The notes beneath the pieces are model-generated. The model did not search any database. It was not told the origin of the DNA and saw only the letters and a list, made by a program, of their open reading frames with translations. Positions 9,175 through 18,756 of a stretch of 64,000 nt of DNA are shown one piece after another. The stretch comes from Candidatus Heimdallarchaeum endolithica (GTDB taxonomy: Archaea > Asgardarchaeota > Heimdallarchaeia > Heimdallarchaeales > Heimdallarchaeaceae): positions 2,528,001 to 2,592,000 of the forward strand of contig CP084167.1 of the NCBI GenBank assembly GCA_021513715.1, in the 5' to 3' direction. Made by a program: the position numbers and the translations under genes. Position 1 is the stretch's first letter, and every line of letters starts with the position of its first letter.

Positions 9175-10437
9175 ATGCGCCGTTATTTATCTATAGATTT
9201 TCTTAGAGGATTAGGAATTTTTTTTGTTGTTTTATTACATCAGCTTGTGTTTCATTATTCTAATATTGTTGAAGCAATTGAAAATCCAAATATAATTGTA
9301 ATCATAGTAGGTTTTCTTTTAGAATTCGGGGGCCTATTTGTTATAATTTCATCTATTGCTCATACTGTTACTAATTATGGAAGATTAAGAGACAATACCC
9401 AGTCTCTCAGAAATGTTTTAATTAGTTCAATTGTTTATGGTCTCTTTTTTTTAATAATGAACTACATTTATTTCCTTGTTTTTGCTCCTGGACTATTGGA
9501 CAGGGAAGTAGGTGAATTTAGGATGTCTATTATTCCTGCGTTAATCAGAAAAGGAGTTTTTGTTCCTCCTGATATAGACCGTTATTTTCACGCAACTATT
9601 TTGGGGATTATCGGTTGGAGTATAATCTTTGTGAATATAGCCCTCTTTTTTATGTTTAGAAAAAATGGTTTACAAAAAGTTAAACGGAATATTATGATCA
9701 TGTTATTTTTAGGAACCTTCTTTACAGTAGCCGGATTATCTCGAATATATCTTTATCCCATATTTAATGGACTTATTGACAATTCAAATTACTTTTCTGC
9801 AATTTTCCTTGGATTTTTAGTAAATAATTATTATCCAATTTTTCCTTATCTTGGCTTCGCTTTCTATGGTTCTATGATTGGGTTAGCAATAGTACATGAT
9901 GAATATAAAAAATATTACTGGAAATTCTTTTTTATTCTTGGTTTTTTCTGGTTGATATTGGGTGTGGTTGGTTATATCTCCTTTGAAGATACAATGCTTG
10001 AACGAGCTGTTGATATGCACGCTGTTTCCTTTGAAGTACTAATGTTAGGTATTTTTATTCTGACATTTCAATTACTCTTTAAACTCATTGATCAGAATGG
10101 AGCCAATGTTAGCCCAAAAAAAGAAAAAACTACTCGTTTCTTTAGACGATTTGGAGTCGTTTCATTTACAATTTTTATGTTTGAAACTACTTTTTCTGAG
10201 TTGATTGGGAAATTGTTTAGTTTAGTTTGGGGAGGGTGGAACACTCAAATGTGGTCATGTTTCATATTTTCATTTACAAATTTAATTCTATGGACAATTA
10301 TTATTTTTCTCTGGGAAAAAGCAGAATTTAAGTACGGGTTAGAATGGATGACTGGAAAATTTCTCTACTTAATAGTAAAACGACCTTCTACAAAAATCTA
10401 TTTGAAGCAAATTCTCTACTTCGAAGGAGAAAAATAA
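9175..10437 (+). CDS. Polytopic membrane acyltransferase-like protein (DUF1624/HGSNAT-like)
   Basis: RYLSIDFLRGL.I..V..LH, YPIFPYLGF, about 10 TM segments. Confidence 0.65.
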   Translation: MRRYLSIDFLRGLGIFFVVLLHQLVFHYSNIVEAIENPNIIVIIVGFLLEFGGLFVIISSIAHTVTNYGRLRDNTQSLRNVLISSIVYGLFFLIMNYIYFLVFAPGLLDREVGEFRMSIIPALIRKGVFVPPDIDRYFHATILGIIGWSIIFVNIALFFMFRKNGLQKVKRNIMIMLFLGTFFTVAGLSRIYLYPIFNGLIDNSNYFSAIFLGFLVNNYYPIFPYLGFAFYGSMIGLAIVHDEYKKYYWKFFFILGFFWLILGVVGYISFEDTMLERAVDMHAVSFEVLMLGIFILTFQLLFKLIDQNGANVSPKKEKTTRFFRRFGVVSFTIFMFETTFSELIGKLFSLVWGGWNTQMWSCFIFSFTNLILWTIIIFLWEKAEFKYGLEWMTGKFLYLIVKRPSTKIYLKQILYFEGEK

Positions 10438-10498
10438 TCTCTTTTTTCTAACTTTATTCTATAACAAACAATTAATTAAAGAGCAATGAAAGTTTTTT

Positions 10499-10963
10499 TT
10501 GGAATTGAAAATGAGCTTTGAAACAAGTTTCTACTGTTATGGACACAAAAATGTCTTGTGTAAGCATTTATCTACACTTGAATTCACTACTGATGACTTT
10601 CTTACATTAAAAGGTGATTGTATCCTTGGGATAAGATCTACTATGAGTTTGATTTCTCTCCCAGAAAAATTGAAAAAAATCATTAGGACTGATACAACAA
10701 AAATAATTGTAAAGATTGAAGTAGATAATCTAATTGAAGAAGTAGTAGGATATGGAAGTTCAAAACTGGAATTGTCAGATAAACATGCAATAATTATTAG
10801 AAAAAGTTCATACACATGTTCAAGAACTCTTATAATTGGAGCAAACAAAGCAGCGATTGATATTTCACGAAATATCGTTCACAAAATGAAAAACCCTAAT
10901 TCTAAAATGAAAGTTACAATTCAAGTGTTTCCAGAAGATAATAAAAGATCAATACACGCGTGA
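10499..10963 (+). CDS. DUF371 family protein
   Basis: GH.NV...H.STLEFT.D..LT.KGDCI; IIIRKSSY...RTL.I.ANKAA.D. Confidence 0.9.
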   Translation: MELKMSFETSFYCYGHKNVLCKHLSTLEFTTDDFLTLKGDCILGIRSTMSLISLPEKLKKIIRTDTTKIIVKIEVDNLIEEVVGYGSSKLELSDKHAIIIRKSSYTCSRTLIIGANKAAIDISRNIVHKMKNPNSKMKVTIQVFPEDNKRSIHA

Positions 10964-11994
10964 ATCTCATAAGGAGCACTTTCTCTTATTCTTTGAAAGT
11001 GAAGAATTTCCTCAATTCTCCAATCTGTTTTGCTCAATTCGTTATTTACTAAATTATAAAGATCTTTTTTTCCTGTTTCATTTTTAACAAACGAATAAAA
11101 ATGTAAAATTGTTCCTTCCTTAAAAATTTGCGTTGCTAGTTGTAGAAAATGTATCGATGTTTTTGGTAAATTCATAATAACTCTGTCAGCTTTGGGTAGG
11201 TCATTAATAATCGTCCTGATATCACCTACAATCGGATGTATATTTCCTTTAAGTTTATTTAATAAAATTGATTTTTTAAGGCAATCAATAGCTTTTTGAT
11301 TAATATCTATTCCATAAATAGTAGCAATAGATTTTTTAGCTATATGAAGAGGGAAAGGACCAGTACTTGTAAACATGTCTACAACAATTTCTCCATCCTC
11401 AACTAAGTTTGCTATCCTATTGTGTTCATCTCCTAACCTTGGGCTGAAATAAGTTTTCTCAACATCTACAAAAATTCTTATTCCATATTCTTTATGGATT
11501 GTTTCAGTTTTTTTATCGCCGTATAGATATTCAATTTTTCTAAGTCTAAATTCTCCTGAGACTCCTGAACTTTTTCTATAAACACTTTTTATAGATGGAA
11601 AGAGGGTGCACAGTATCTTTCCAATTTCATGTTTAAAAGGTGATAAAATCTCATCAAATTCTATAATAGCAATGTCTCCAATTTGGTCAAATGATTTTGG
11701 AATAAATTTATACAAACTATTTGGAATAATTTTCTTTAAAGCTTCAGCAAGACTTTTTGGTTTTTGCTCTTTCTTCTTAAAAGAAAATTCCTCCAATTCT
11801 CCTTGTTTTTTTAGTGGGAAATCGTTGAGAAAGGTCTTTTTATTTTCAATATCGCTTTTTAATGGAAAGAAAAGATAATCTCCTTGTTTTGAAATTTTTA
11901 AGTTTAAATCTAAATAATTGTTACTAATTAACCATCTTCTAGTCTGTTCTCCGTAAGTATAATGAATTTTTAATGCGAGAGAACGAACAGACAT
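10921..11994 (-). CDS. trm5: tRNA (guanine-37-N1)-methyltransferase, Trm5/Met-10+ family
   Basis: SFDQIGDIAI, GEFRLR, HKEYG, YFSPRL..EH.RI, DIN, ADRVIMNLP. Confidence 0.85.
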   Translation of the reverse strand: MSVRSLALKIHYTYGEQTRRWLISNNYLDLNLKISKQGDYLFFPLKSDIENKKTFLNDFPLKKQGELEEFSFKKKEQKPKSLAEALKKIIPNSLYKFIPKSFDQIGDIAIIEFDEILSPFKHEIGKILCTLFPSIKSVYRKSSGVSGEFRLRKIEYLYGDKKTETIHKEYGIRIFVDVEKTYFSPRLGDEHNRIANLVEDGEIVVDMFTSTGPFPLHIAKKSIATIYGIDINQKAIDCLKKSILLNKLKGNIHPIVGDIRTIINDLPKADRVIMNLPKTSIHFLQLATQIFKEGTILHFYSFVKNETGKKDLYNLVNNELSKTDWRIEEILHFQRIRESAPYEIHACIDLLLSSGNT

Positions 11995-12144
11995 ATCTTG
12001 TTCTCATTTTGTGTTTTTATAAATTTATTTTTATTGAATGAAATTTCTTTTTTTGTGAAACAAATAAAAAAGTGAGAAAAAAAGAGGAAATAGGCTTATT
12101 ATTAAATTAACCCAGAACAAACAGTTTAGATACAAAGGGGAATT

Positions 12145-12600
12145 TTACTCTAGTTTAATTTTTTCTTTTTTAGTTACTTTGATTTCACTAATTGTTGTAA
12201 CTGGATATTGCCCATCTTGATCTTTTTCTAAATATTTTACCATATCCCAAATTGTTGAAAGAAAAATATTTACTCCTATAACTGCTTCCATCTCTACTCC
12301 TGTCTGCGCGACAGTTTTTACTGTTACTTCTACAGTTATTTCTTCTTCTTTAATTTCGTGTTTAAAATCAATATGCGTTATTGGTATCTGGTGACACATG
12401 GGTATTAGTTCTGGAGTACGTTTAATCGCTTGCATAGCTGCAATTTTTCCTACAACTAATGGGTCTCCTTTCTTTATTGTGTGTTCTGTTATTTGTTTTA
12501 TAGTCTCTTTTTTAAGATGAATTTTTCCTCTAGCAGTAGCGATTCTGATAGTATTTTTTTTATTGCTAATATCAATCATGGATATTTTTTCCTTTGACAA
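12145..12600 (-). CDS. moaC: Cyclic pyranopterin monophosphate synthase
   Basis: MIDIS.K....R.A.A.G, KKGD, LIPMCH, TGVEMEA, WDMVK. Confidence 0.95.
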   Translation of the reverse strand: MSKEKISMIDISNKKNTIRIATARGKIHLKKETIKQITEHTIKKGDPLVVGKIAAMQAIKRTPELIPMCHQIPITHIDFKHEIKEEEITVEVTVKTVAQTGVEMEAVIGVNIFLSTIWDMVKYLEKDQDGQYPVTTISEIKVTKKEKIKLE

Positions 12601-13474
12601 AAAAAGGTCTCCTCCTTTCTATTGCTTCTTTAAGCGATTTATCTATATCTTCTCCTATTGGAACTAAGTTGTCAATTCTGTATAAACATGGTTGAAATTG
12701 GAAATCATTTGTTACACGTAGGGTTTTACAATTCATGCAGAAGTTGGTATTGTGAACAGGATTAACAATTTCTACTTTTGCTCCATTTGGTAGAGTATAC
12801 TGTTTTCTTTGATGTAGTTCTCTTATTCTTATCTCAACTGCTTCGTTCTCTAATTTTGAAGCAAGATTCTCCAAACTAACATGAAATTTGTTAAAATATT
12901 CTTTATCTAAATCTATAAGTTCGATTATTTGTAGTGTTATACCCTTTTCTGCAGTAAAATTAATCATTGGTTCAATCTCATTTTCATTTATCCCTTTCAG
13001 TAGAACCATATTTAGTTTAATAGGTGTTAAACCTACTTCTAGTGCAATTGTGATTTGTTTAGCTATCGATTTTAAGGATTTATATGAAGGATTATAGTGA
13101 TATGAGTCACAACTAATGTTTACTCTATTTAAACCTGCATTTTTCAGTTTTTGTGCGTATTTTTCCAATAGTAACCCATTTGTTGTCATGGACAAGTCTC
13201 TAATTTTGTGGTGGGATGAAAAAATTTTTACTATATCTACAATCTGAGGGTGAAGTAGTGGTTCTCCTCCAGTAATTTTAACACTTGAAATAGAATATTT
13301 ATCAATAATCGACAATAGTTTTTTTATTTGATCAAGTGTTAGTTTGTTAGAATTATGTGAAGAAAAACCTTCGTTATGACAATAAGGGCAATTTAGATTG
13401 CAACTGGAAATAACAGAAACTCTTAATCTCGTTATTTCTCTATTGTATTTATCTATTAGCTTTATGTTGATCAC
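12572..13474 (-). CDS. moaA: GTP 3',8-cyclase (radical SAM)
   Basis: LRVSV...CNLNCPYCH, TGGEPLL, C-terminal FC..C..LR.......PCL. Confidence 0.93.
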   Translation of the reverse strand: MINIKLIDKYNREITRLRVSVISSCNLNCPYCHNEGFSSHNSNKLTLDQIKKLLSIIDKYSISSVKITGGEPLLHPQIVDIVKIFSSHHKIRDLSMTTNGLLLEKYAQKLKNAGLNRVNISCDSYHYNPSYKSLKSIAKQITIALEVGLTPIKLNMVLLKGINENEIEPMINFTAEKGITLQIIELIDLDKEYFNKFHVSLENLASKLENEAVEIRIRELHQRKQYTLPNGAKVEIVNPVHNTNFCMNCKTLRVTNDFQFQPCLYRIDNLVPIGEDIDKSLKEAIERRRPFFVKGKNIHD

Positions 13475-13908
13475 CCGTTATTTATAATTTCTATCTTATC
13501 ATCTACAGTAATAGTTCCTGTTTTTAATACTTTGGCAAATATCCCTTCTTCTGGCATTATGCAATTACCAACCAATTTTCTTATTTCACAGCCGTGATGA
13601 CATTTTTTACCAATTTGTGTAACTTCCAACACGACGTTATTTATTTTTATTTTTTTTCCAATTGGTAATTTATAGAGTGTTATTCCCTCTGTTGTTATGT
13701 TTTCAGCAAAGTCACCATAATTAAGAGCTAAACCTTGTTTTTTCATTTTGTCTATGCTTTCTTTTGCCAAAAGAGAAACTTGTCTGTGCCAATCTCCTGC
13801 GTGTGAATCTCCTTTTAATCCTATTTGGGTAATTTCACAACTGTAGACATTAGTTTTCTTTGTTCCTTTATTTTCGCTAATATTTACAGCTTTAACCCTT
13901 CCAATCAT
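13471..13908 (-). CDS. MOSC domain protein
   Basis: GL.GD.HAG.WHRQVSLL, GDFAENI, QIGK.CH..C.I...G.C.MP.EGIF. Confidence 0.9.
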   Translation of the reverse strand: MIGRVKAVNISENKGTKKTNVYSCEITQIGLKGDSHAGDWHRQVSLLAKESIDKMKKQGLALNYGDFAENITTEGITLYKLPIGKKIKINNVVLEVTQIGKKCHHGCEIRKLVGNCIMPEEGIFAKVLKTGTITVDDKIEIINNG

Positions 13909-14029
13909 ATTAAAAATAAGCGTTTATTTTCTTTTTTAAATATTTACTATTTACACTTTTGTTTGTTAAAGAACAAGAATATCTTTGTTGTTTGTTAAAA
14001 TTTATAAAAGGAAAGACGACAAACAAATT

Positions 14030-15238
14030 ATGAGACCTTTTAAAGAATTAATTAGTTTAGATGAAGCTCTAAGGATACTGGATGAAAACACAACACCATT
14101 GTTGGAAACAGAAACAGTTTCTATCCTTGAACTGTTAGGTAGGGTTTCAGCACAAGATGTTGTTGCTGACCTAAATATTCCTCCCTTTAACAGAGCAGCA
14201 ATGGATGGTTATGCTGTTAAAGCTTCTTCTACTTTTTCAGCATCTGACAGAAATCCTGTATATTTGGAGTGTATAGATAAAATACTGGCTGGTGATGTTC
14301 CAAACAAAGAGATAAATGAGAATGAATGTGTTGAGATCGCAACAGGAGCTATGCTTCCAAGCTCTGCTGATGCTGTTATTCCAGTAGAATATACTAACAG
14401 AAAAGGAAATAAAATAGAAATTATCAAAAGTTTTCCTCCTAACGCCAATGTCTCATTAGAAGGTGTGGACATCAAAAAAGGAGAAAAAGTTATTGAAAAA
14501 GGAGTGGTTTTGGTTCCTGGAAGAATAGGTGTGTTAGCTGCTTTAAATATCTCCTCTTTAGAGGTTTATCGTAAACCAAAAGTCGCAATTATTCCAACTG
14601 GAAGAGAAGTAGCTCCTTTAGGAGGCGAATTAAAGTTAGGACAAGTCTATGATATTAACACCTATACAATTTCCTCTTTAATCAAAGATATTGGAGGAGA
14701 ACCAATTATTTTTAATATTGTGGAAGACAAATTCGAAGACTTAGAAAAAGCAATTTTGGAGGCGTTGGAAAAAGCAGATCTAGTCTTAATCTTAGGAGGA
14801 AGTTCAGTTGGTGAGCGAGATATAAACATTGATGTTTTAGAAAAGCATGGTATCATACTTTTTCATGGAGTTCAACTTAAACCTGGAAAACCTAATTTGT
14901 GTGCTAAGGTCAATGGGAAGTTAATACTAAACCTTGCTGGTTATCCTACATCTTGCCTTACAAATGGTTATATTATTGTCTCTCCTGTGGTAAAGAAAAT
15001 GGCTCATCTTCCTGATAGACCAAAACAAAAAGTCAAAGCAAAGTTAGGAAGAAAAATTGTTTCTAATCTAGGAAGACATCAATTTTTTACTGTACGCTTA
15101 GAAGGTGATATAGCTTATCCGGCCTTTAAAGAGTCTGGTGCAATTACAAGTATTGCTTTAGCTGATGGTTATATCGAAATTCCTTATAATGTAGACTTGA
15201 TCGAAGAGGGGGCCGAAGTTGAAGTAACACTGTTTTAG
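14030..15238 (+). CDS. moeA: Molybdopterin molybdenum/tungsten transferase
   Basis: PPFNRAAMDGYAV, IATGAMLP, GGSSVG..D, KPGKP. ATG 14030 preferred over TTG 13985. Confidence 0.92.
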   Translation: MRPFKELISLDEALRILDENTTPLLETETVSILELLGRVSAQDVVADLNIPPFNRAAMDGYAVKASSTFSASDRNPVYLECIDKILAGDVPNKEINENECVEIATGAMLPSSADAVIPVEYTNRKGNKIEIIKSFPPNANVSLEGVDIKKGEKVIEKGVVLVPGRIGVLAALNISSLEVYRKPKVAIIPTGREVAPLGGELKLGQVYDINTYTISSLIKDIGGEPIIFNIVEDKFEDLEKAILEALEKADLVLILGGSSVGERDINIDVLEKHGIILFHGVQLKPGKPNLCAKVNGKLILNLAGYPTSCLTNGYIIVSPVVKKMAHLPDRPKQKVKAKLGRKIVSNLGRHQFFTVRLEGDIAYPAFKESGAITSIALADGYIEIPYNVDLIEEGAEVEVTLF

Positions 15239-15246
15239 TGATTTAA

Positions 15247-15777
15247 ATGGTTAATGAAACTCCTAAAGATAAACATACAGTTAACAAAAACATTCCAATA
15301 AATGTTCAACTTATAATGGTAAGTGATTCTTTATCAAAAGCAGATGATATAACTAGAAAAAGAAACGATAAATCTGGAAATATAGCTAAAGATATGCTTG
15401 AAAAAGAAGGGATTTCTCCAGGAATTATAATTTATGTAGAGGATAACCTTGTAGAAATTCAGAAAATAGTAAAACTAGCAGTTGAAGAAGGTAAAAATTT
15501 TATTATAACTATGGGCGGGACCGGAATTAGCTCACGGGATGTAACTATTGAGGCAGTAAAACCTTTATTAACAAAACAGCTAGATGGTTTTGGAGAACTC
15601 TTCCGATCTCTAACATTTGAACAAGTAGGTACAGTTTCAATAATGACCCGCGCACTTGCAGGAATAATAAAACAATCACTTGTTGTTTCACTCCCAGGAT
15701 CTCCAAATGCAGTTAAATTAGGAATTGATATTATCTTAAAAGAGCTGATGCATATATTGAATTTAATTAGAAAATAG
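15247..15777 (+). CDS. moaB: MoaB/Mog molybdopterin adenylyltransferase
   Basis: DKSG, GGTGISSRDVT.EA, GFGELFR, SLPGSPNAV. Confidence 0.9.
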   Translation: MVNETPKDKHTVNKNIPINVQLIMVSDSLSKADDITRKRNDKSGNIAKDMLEKEGISPGIIIYVEDNLVEIQKIVKLAVEEGKNFIITMGGTGISSRDVTIEAVKPLLTKQLDGFGELFRSLTFEQVGTVSIMTRALAGIIKQSLVVSLPGSPNAVKLGIDIILKELMHILNLIRK

Positions 15778-15789
15778 TGAGATGAACAA

Positions 15790-16197
15790 ATGAGTAAAAA
15801 AAGAGCAACAAATTATGAACGAAATCTGGGTGATAGATTTTGGAAAGAGGGATTCGCTGTTATGCGTGCCCCTTCTTCTTCAGGAACCTCTATTTTTCCT
15901 AGGCCTGATTTACTTGTAGGGTCATCAAAAAAGAAGAAAATCTTCGCCATCGAACTTAAAACAGCAAGACAAGAGACTTTTTATGTTACAAAGAAACAAA
16001 TAAGTGGATTAACTAAATTCTCTGAAATCTTTGGTGCGATTCCTATTTTGGCTATTAAATATGTGTCAAAACGCCTTCCTTTTCTTTTTCTTAAAATCCC
16101 TGACGATTTGATCGAAAGTCGAGGAGAAAGCTACGTTATAAATATAGAACATGTTACTAGGGTTGGAAAAAAATTGGAAGAACTAATTAGTGATTAA
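15790..16197 (+). CDS. hjc: Archaeal Holliday junction resolvase
   Basis: ER.L......GFAVMRAPSS, PDLL, AIELK. Confidence 0.88.
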   Translation: MSKKRATNYERNLGDRFWKEGFAVMRAPSSSGTSIFPRPDLLVGSSKKKKIFAIELKTARQETFYVTKKQISGLTKFSEIFGAIPILAIKYVSKRLPFLFLKIPDDLIESRGESYVINIEHVTRVGKKLEELISD

Positions 16198-16252
16198 TTC
16201 AGTTTTTCTCTTTTCTTTTTATACTAATTTCTTTATTAAAAAACTGACCAAC

Positions 16253-17262
16253 TGTATACTCAACTCACATTGGTAACAAATAAATAGAAGTGGGTTACGT
16301 GGGTAAGTGATATATTATGAACAAAAACGAACGTAACCTGGAGAAACTAAGAAAGATTGTGGTTAAAAAAGCTTTGGAAGGAGAGAAGATAAAAGAGGTA
16401 GCTCACAAGTATATGGTGAGTAGGAAGTTTGTGTATAAGTGGTTGAAGAGGTTCAGAGAGAACCCTGAAGGAGTATGGTGGAAAGATAGATCTTCCAGAC
16501 CAAAAACTATACACAGGAAAGTAGATGAGGAGTTAAAAGAGAGGATAAGGGAGTTAAGAATAAAACAAGGAATGAATGTGGAGAAGATAGCTTATTTGTT
16601 GAAGAGAGAAGGAAAAGCACTCTCTCAGACGACAGTGACGAAAGTAATAAAAGAGTTAGGTCTTCCTTTATGGGTTAATAGAAAAAAGAGGAAAAGACCT
16701 CGATACAAGAGTTTTGAACGTCAAAAACCTAACGAACTCTGGCAAATAGATGTGAAAGGACCATTCTGGGTAGAAGAACAGGGACAACATCTCCACCTCA
16801 TAACCTTGATAGACGACCACTCACGATTCTGTCTGGGAGCTGAATTCCACCCTTTTGCACCAAAAAAAGAGCAGATAATAAGTTTGCTAGAGGAAGCAAT
16901 AAAAGAGTACGGTTACCCCGAGTCTATACTTACTGACAATGGAGCACTCTTCTCTTCCGTTAGAGGAGGAACAAGTACCTTCTCCCGTTGGTGTCAAACA
17001 GAAGGAATAAAGCACATCAGAGCTAGAGTTTTTCACCCTGAAACATGTGGAAAAGTAGAAAGACTACATGGGACAATCATCCGTGAGATGGAAAGATTAG
17101 GTCTAAAATACTGCAACCCCGACCTCTCCTACTATCGCTCTTACTACAATTTTAGTCGTCCTCACCAATCTCTTAACTTCCTCACCCCAGGAGAAAGATT
17201 TATGAATCACCCCTATGTTTCTCTAGTACCCAAAAGTGTAACCCAAGTCTATTGAGTAAACA
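16253..17262 (+). mobile_element. IS481-family insertion sequence (1010 bp)
   Basis: TGT...ACA ends with imperfect 26-bp TIRs (19/26 matches); flanked by an exact 16-bp direct repeat TAAAAAACTGACCAAC at 16237-16252 and 17263-17278. Confidence 0.92.
16317..17255 (+). CDS. IS481-family DDE transposase
   Basis: N-terminal HTH; WQIDVK, DDHSR, LTDNG, GKVER, YNFSRPHQSL. Confidence 0.93.
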   Translation: MNKNERNLEKLRKIVVKKALEGEKIKEVAHKYMVSRKFVYKWLKRFRENPEGVWWKDRSSRPKTIHRKVDEELKERIRELRIKQGMNVEKIAYLLKREGKALSQTTVTKVIKELGLPLWVNRKKRKRPRYKSFERQKPNELWQIDVKGPFWVEEQGQHLHLITLIDDHSRFCLGAEFHPFAPKKEQIISLLEEAIKEYGYPESILTDNGALFSSVRGGTSTFSRWCQTEGIKHIRARVFHPETCGKVERLHGTIIREMERLGLKYCNPDLSYYRSYYNFSRPHQSLNFLTPGERFMNHPYVSLVPKSVTQVY

Positions 17263-17332
17263 TAAAAAACTGACCAACCACTAAATTTAAAACAGTCTTT
17301 ATGGCGAGGATTTAACCAGAGAAACAGAATGG

Positions 17333-17617
17333 ATGAACACCATGATTACAATAAAACGAGAAATAAAGTCACCTTTCAGTAATTACGGTTTTGAGAAAAC
17401 CAGTAGCCAATATCAGGTGATTTTAACTTATTTAGAAACCAATGATGCAGAAAAGAGAAGAATCGGTTACGCACTTTCCATTCCGAAATTCGATGAATTA
17501 CCAGATGGGCTTAAAGAAATAGTACGCCAAAAATGGTTTTCAGAACAAAAAAAAGAAAACTTTGAAAAAGAATTTTGCGATTTATGTGACAAAGTTTTTC
17601 GTTTTCAACCAGAGTAG
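17333..17617 (+). CDS. Small hypothetical protein
   Basis: 94-aa ORF with host-like composition upstream of pelota. Confidence 0.5.
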   Translation: MNTMITIKREIKSPFSNYGFEKTSSQYQVILTYLETNDAEKRRIGYALSIPKFDELPDGLKEIVRQKWFSEQKKENFEKEFCDLCDKVFRFQPE

Positions 17618-17676
17618 TTTGTATTCAAAGAACTTATATTTTTCCTCTTAGTTTTTTGATAAGGTGTGAAAAATAC

Positions 17677-18756
17677 TTGAAAATTATAAGACAAGATTAT
17701 CGTCATGGCTATCTTGAACTAATTCCTGAAACTATAGATGATCTCTATGTTATCTATCGTATTCTAAAACCAGGTGATAGAGTGCGTGCTTCTACAAAGA
17801 GAAGAATACGTAAAGATTCTGAAGATAGCCGCGCAGATTCTGGGGAAAGAGTGAAATTAGTTTTAGAGATAAAAGTTGAAAATATTTCCTTTGGAGATAA
17901 CCTTAGTATTAAAGGCCCTATCGTTGCAGGAAATGAAAATCTTATTTCCTTAGGTGAATACCACACCATTGCTTTAAAAGAAATGGAAAAAGTCATAATT
18001 TATAAGGATCACTGGAATACTTCGGAGAAACAGATAATTAGTGATATAGAAAAAGAATCTCGATTAGCTAAGATAGTAATTATTACTCTTGATGAAGGAA
18101 GCGTATGTGTTGCTTTAGTTACACAATTCGCTGTAAAAATTGTTGCTGAAATTGATCATTCTATCACTCGTAAATTTTCTGATGCAAAACAACATTCTTC
18201 TGCTTTAGGAAAGTTTTTCCAAGAGGTTCTTGAGATCATCAAAGAAGTCCATGAACAACACAATCCTCAAACAATTATTCTTGCTGGACCTGGTTTTACT
18301 CCAGAAAATTTTCTAGACTTTGTTAGAAAAAGAGATAATAGTTTAGCTCAAAAAATTCAATTTGTTCATGCTAATACTGGAGGACGAGTAGGATTACATG
18401 AAGTTTTGTCCCGTAACCTTCCTGAAAAAATAGCTGATGAACAAAGAGTAGTTTACGAAACTAGGTTACTTGAAGAATTCTTTAAGCGTGTAGGTAAAGA
18501 TACTAACACTGTAACATATGGTTATGACAATGTAAAAAAAGCATTAGAAATGGGCGCTGTAGACACATTAATGATTTCTGATGATAAATTGCGGATCTAT
18601 GACGAAAAAGAGCGAGAAAAAGTTGAACAGCTTATAGAGTTTAATAGACAAATGGGCGGAAAAACTGTGTTTTTTTCTACACAACATGAGACAGGAGAAA
18701 AGTTGAAATCATTGGGTGGTATTGTAGCTCTATTACGTTATTCAGTTGAGATATAA
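17677..18756 (+). CDS. pelA: mRNA surveillance protein Pelota/Dom34
   Basis: PETIDDLY, G.YHT, ILAGPGF, VTYG...V..A...GAV..L, GEKLKSLGGIVALLRY. TTG 17677 follows an AGGTG motif. Confidence 0.93.
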   Translation: MKIIRQDYRHGYLELIPETIDDLYVIYRILKPGDRVRASTKRRIRKDSEDSRADSGERVKLVLEIKVENISFGDNLSIKGPIVAGNENLISLGEYHTIALKEMEKVIIYKDHWNTSEKQIISDIEKESRLAKIVIITLDEGSVCVALVTQFAVKIVAEIDHSITRKFSDAKQHSSALGKFFQEVLEIIKEVHEQHNPQTIILAGPGFTPENFLDFVRKRDNSLAQKIQFVHANTGGRVGLHEVLSRNLPEKIADEQRVVYETRLLEEFFKRVGKDTNTVTYGYDNVKKALEMGAVDTLMISDDKLRIYDEKEREKVEQLIEFNRQMGGKTVFFSTQHETGEKLKSLGGIVALLRYSVEI

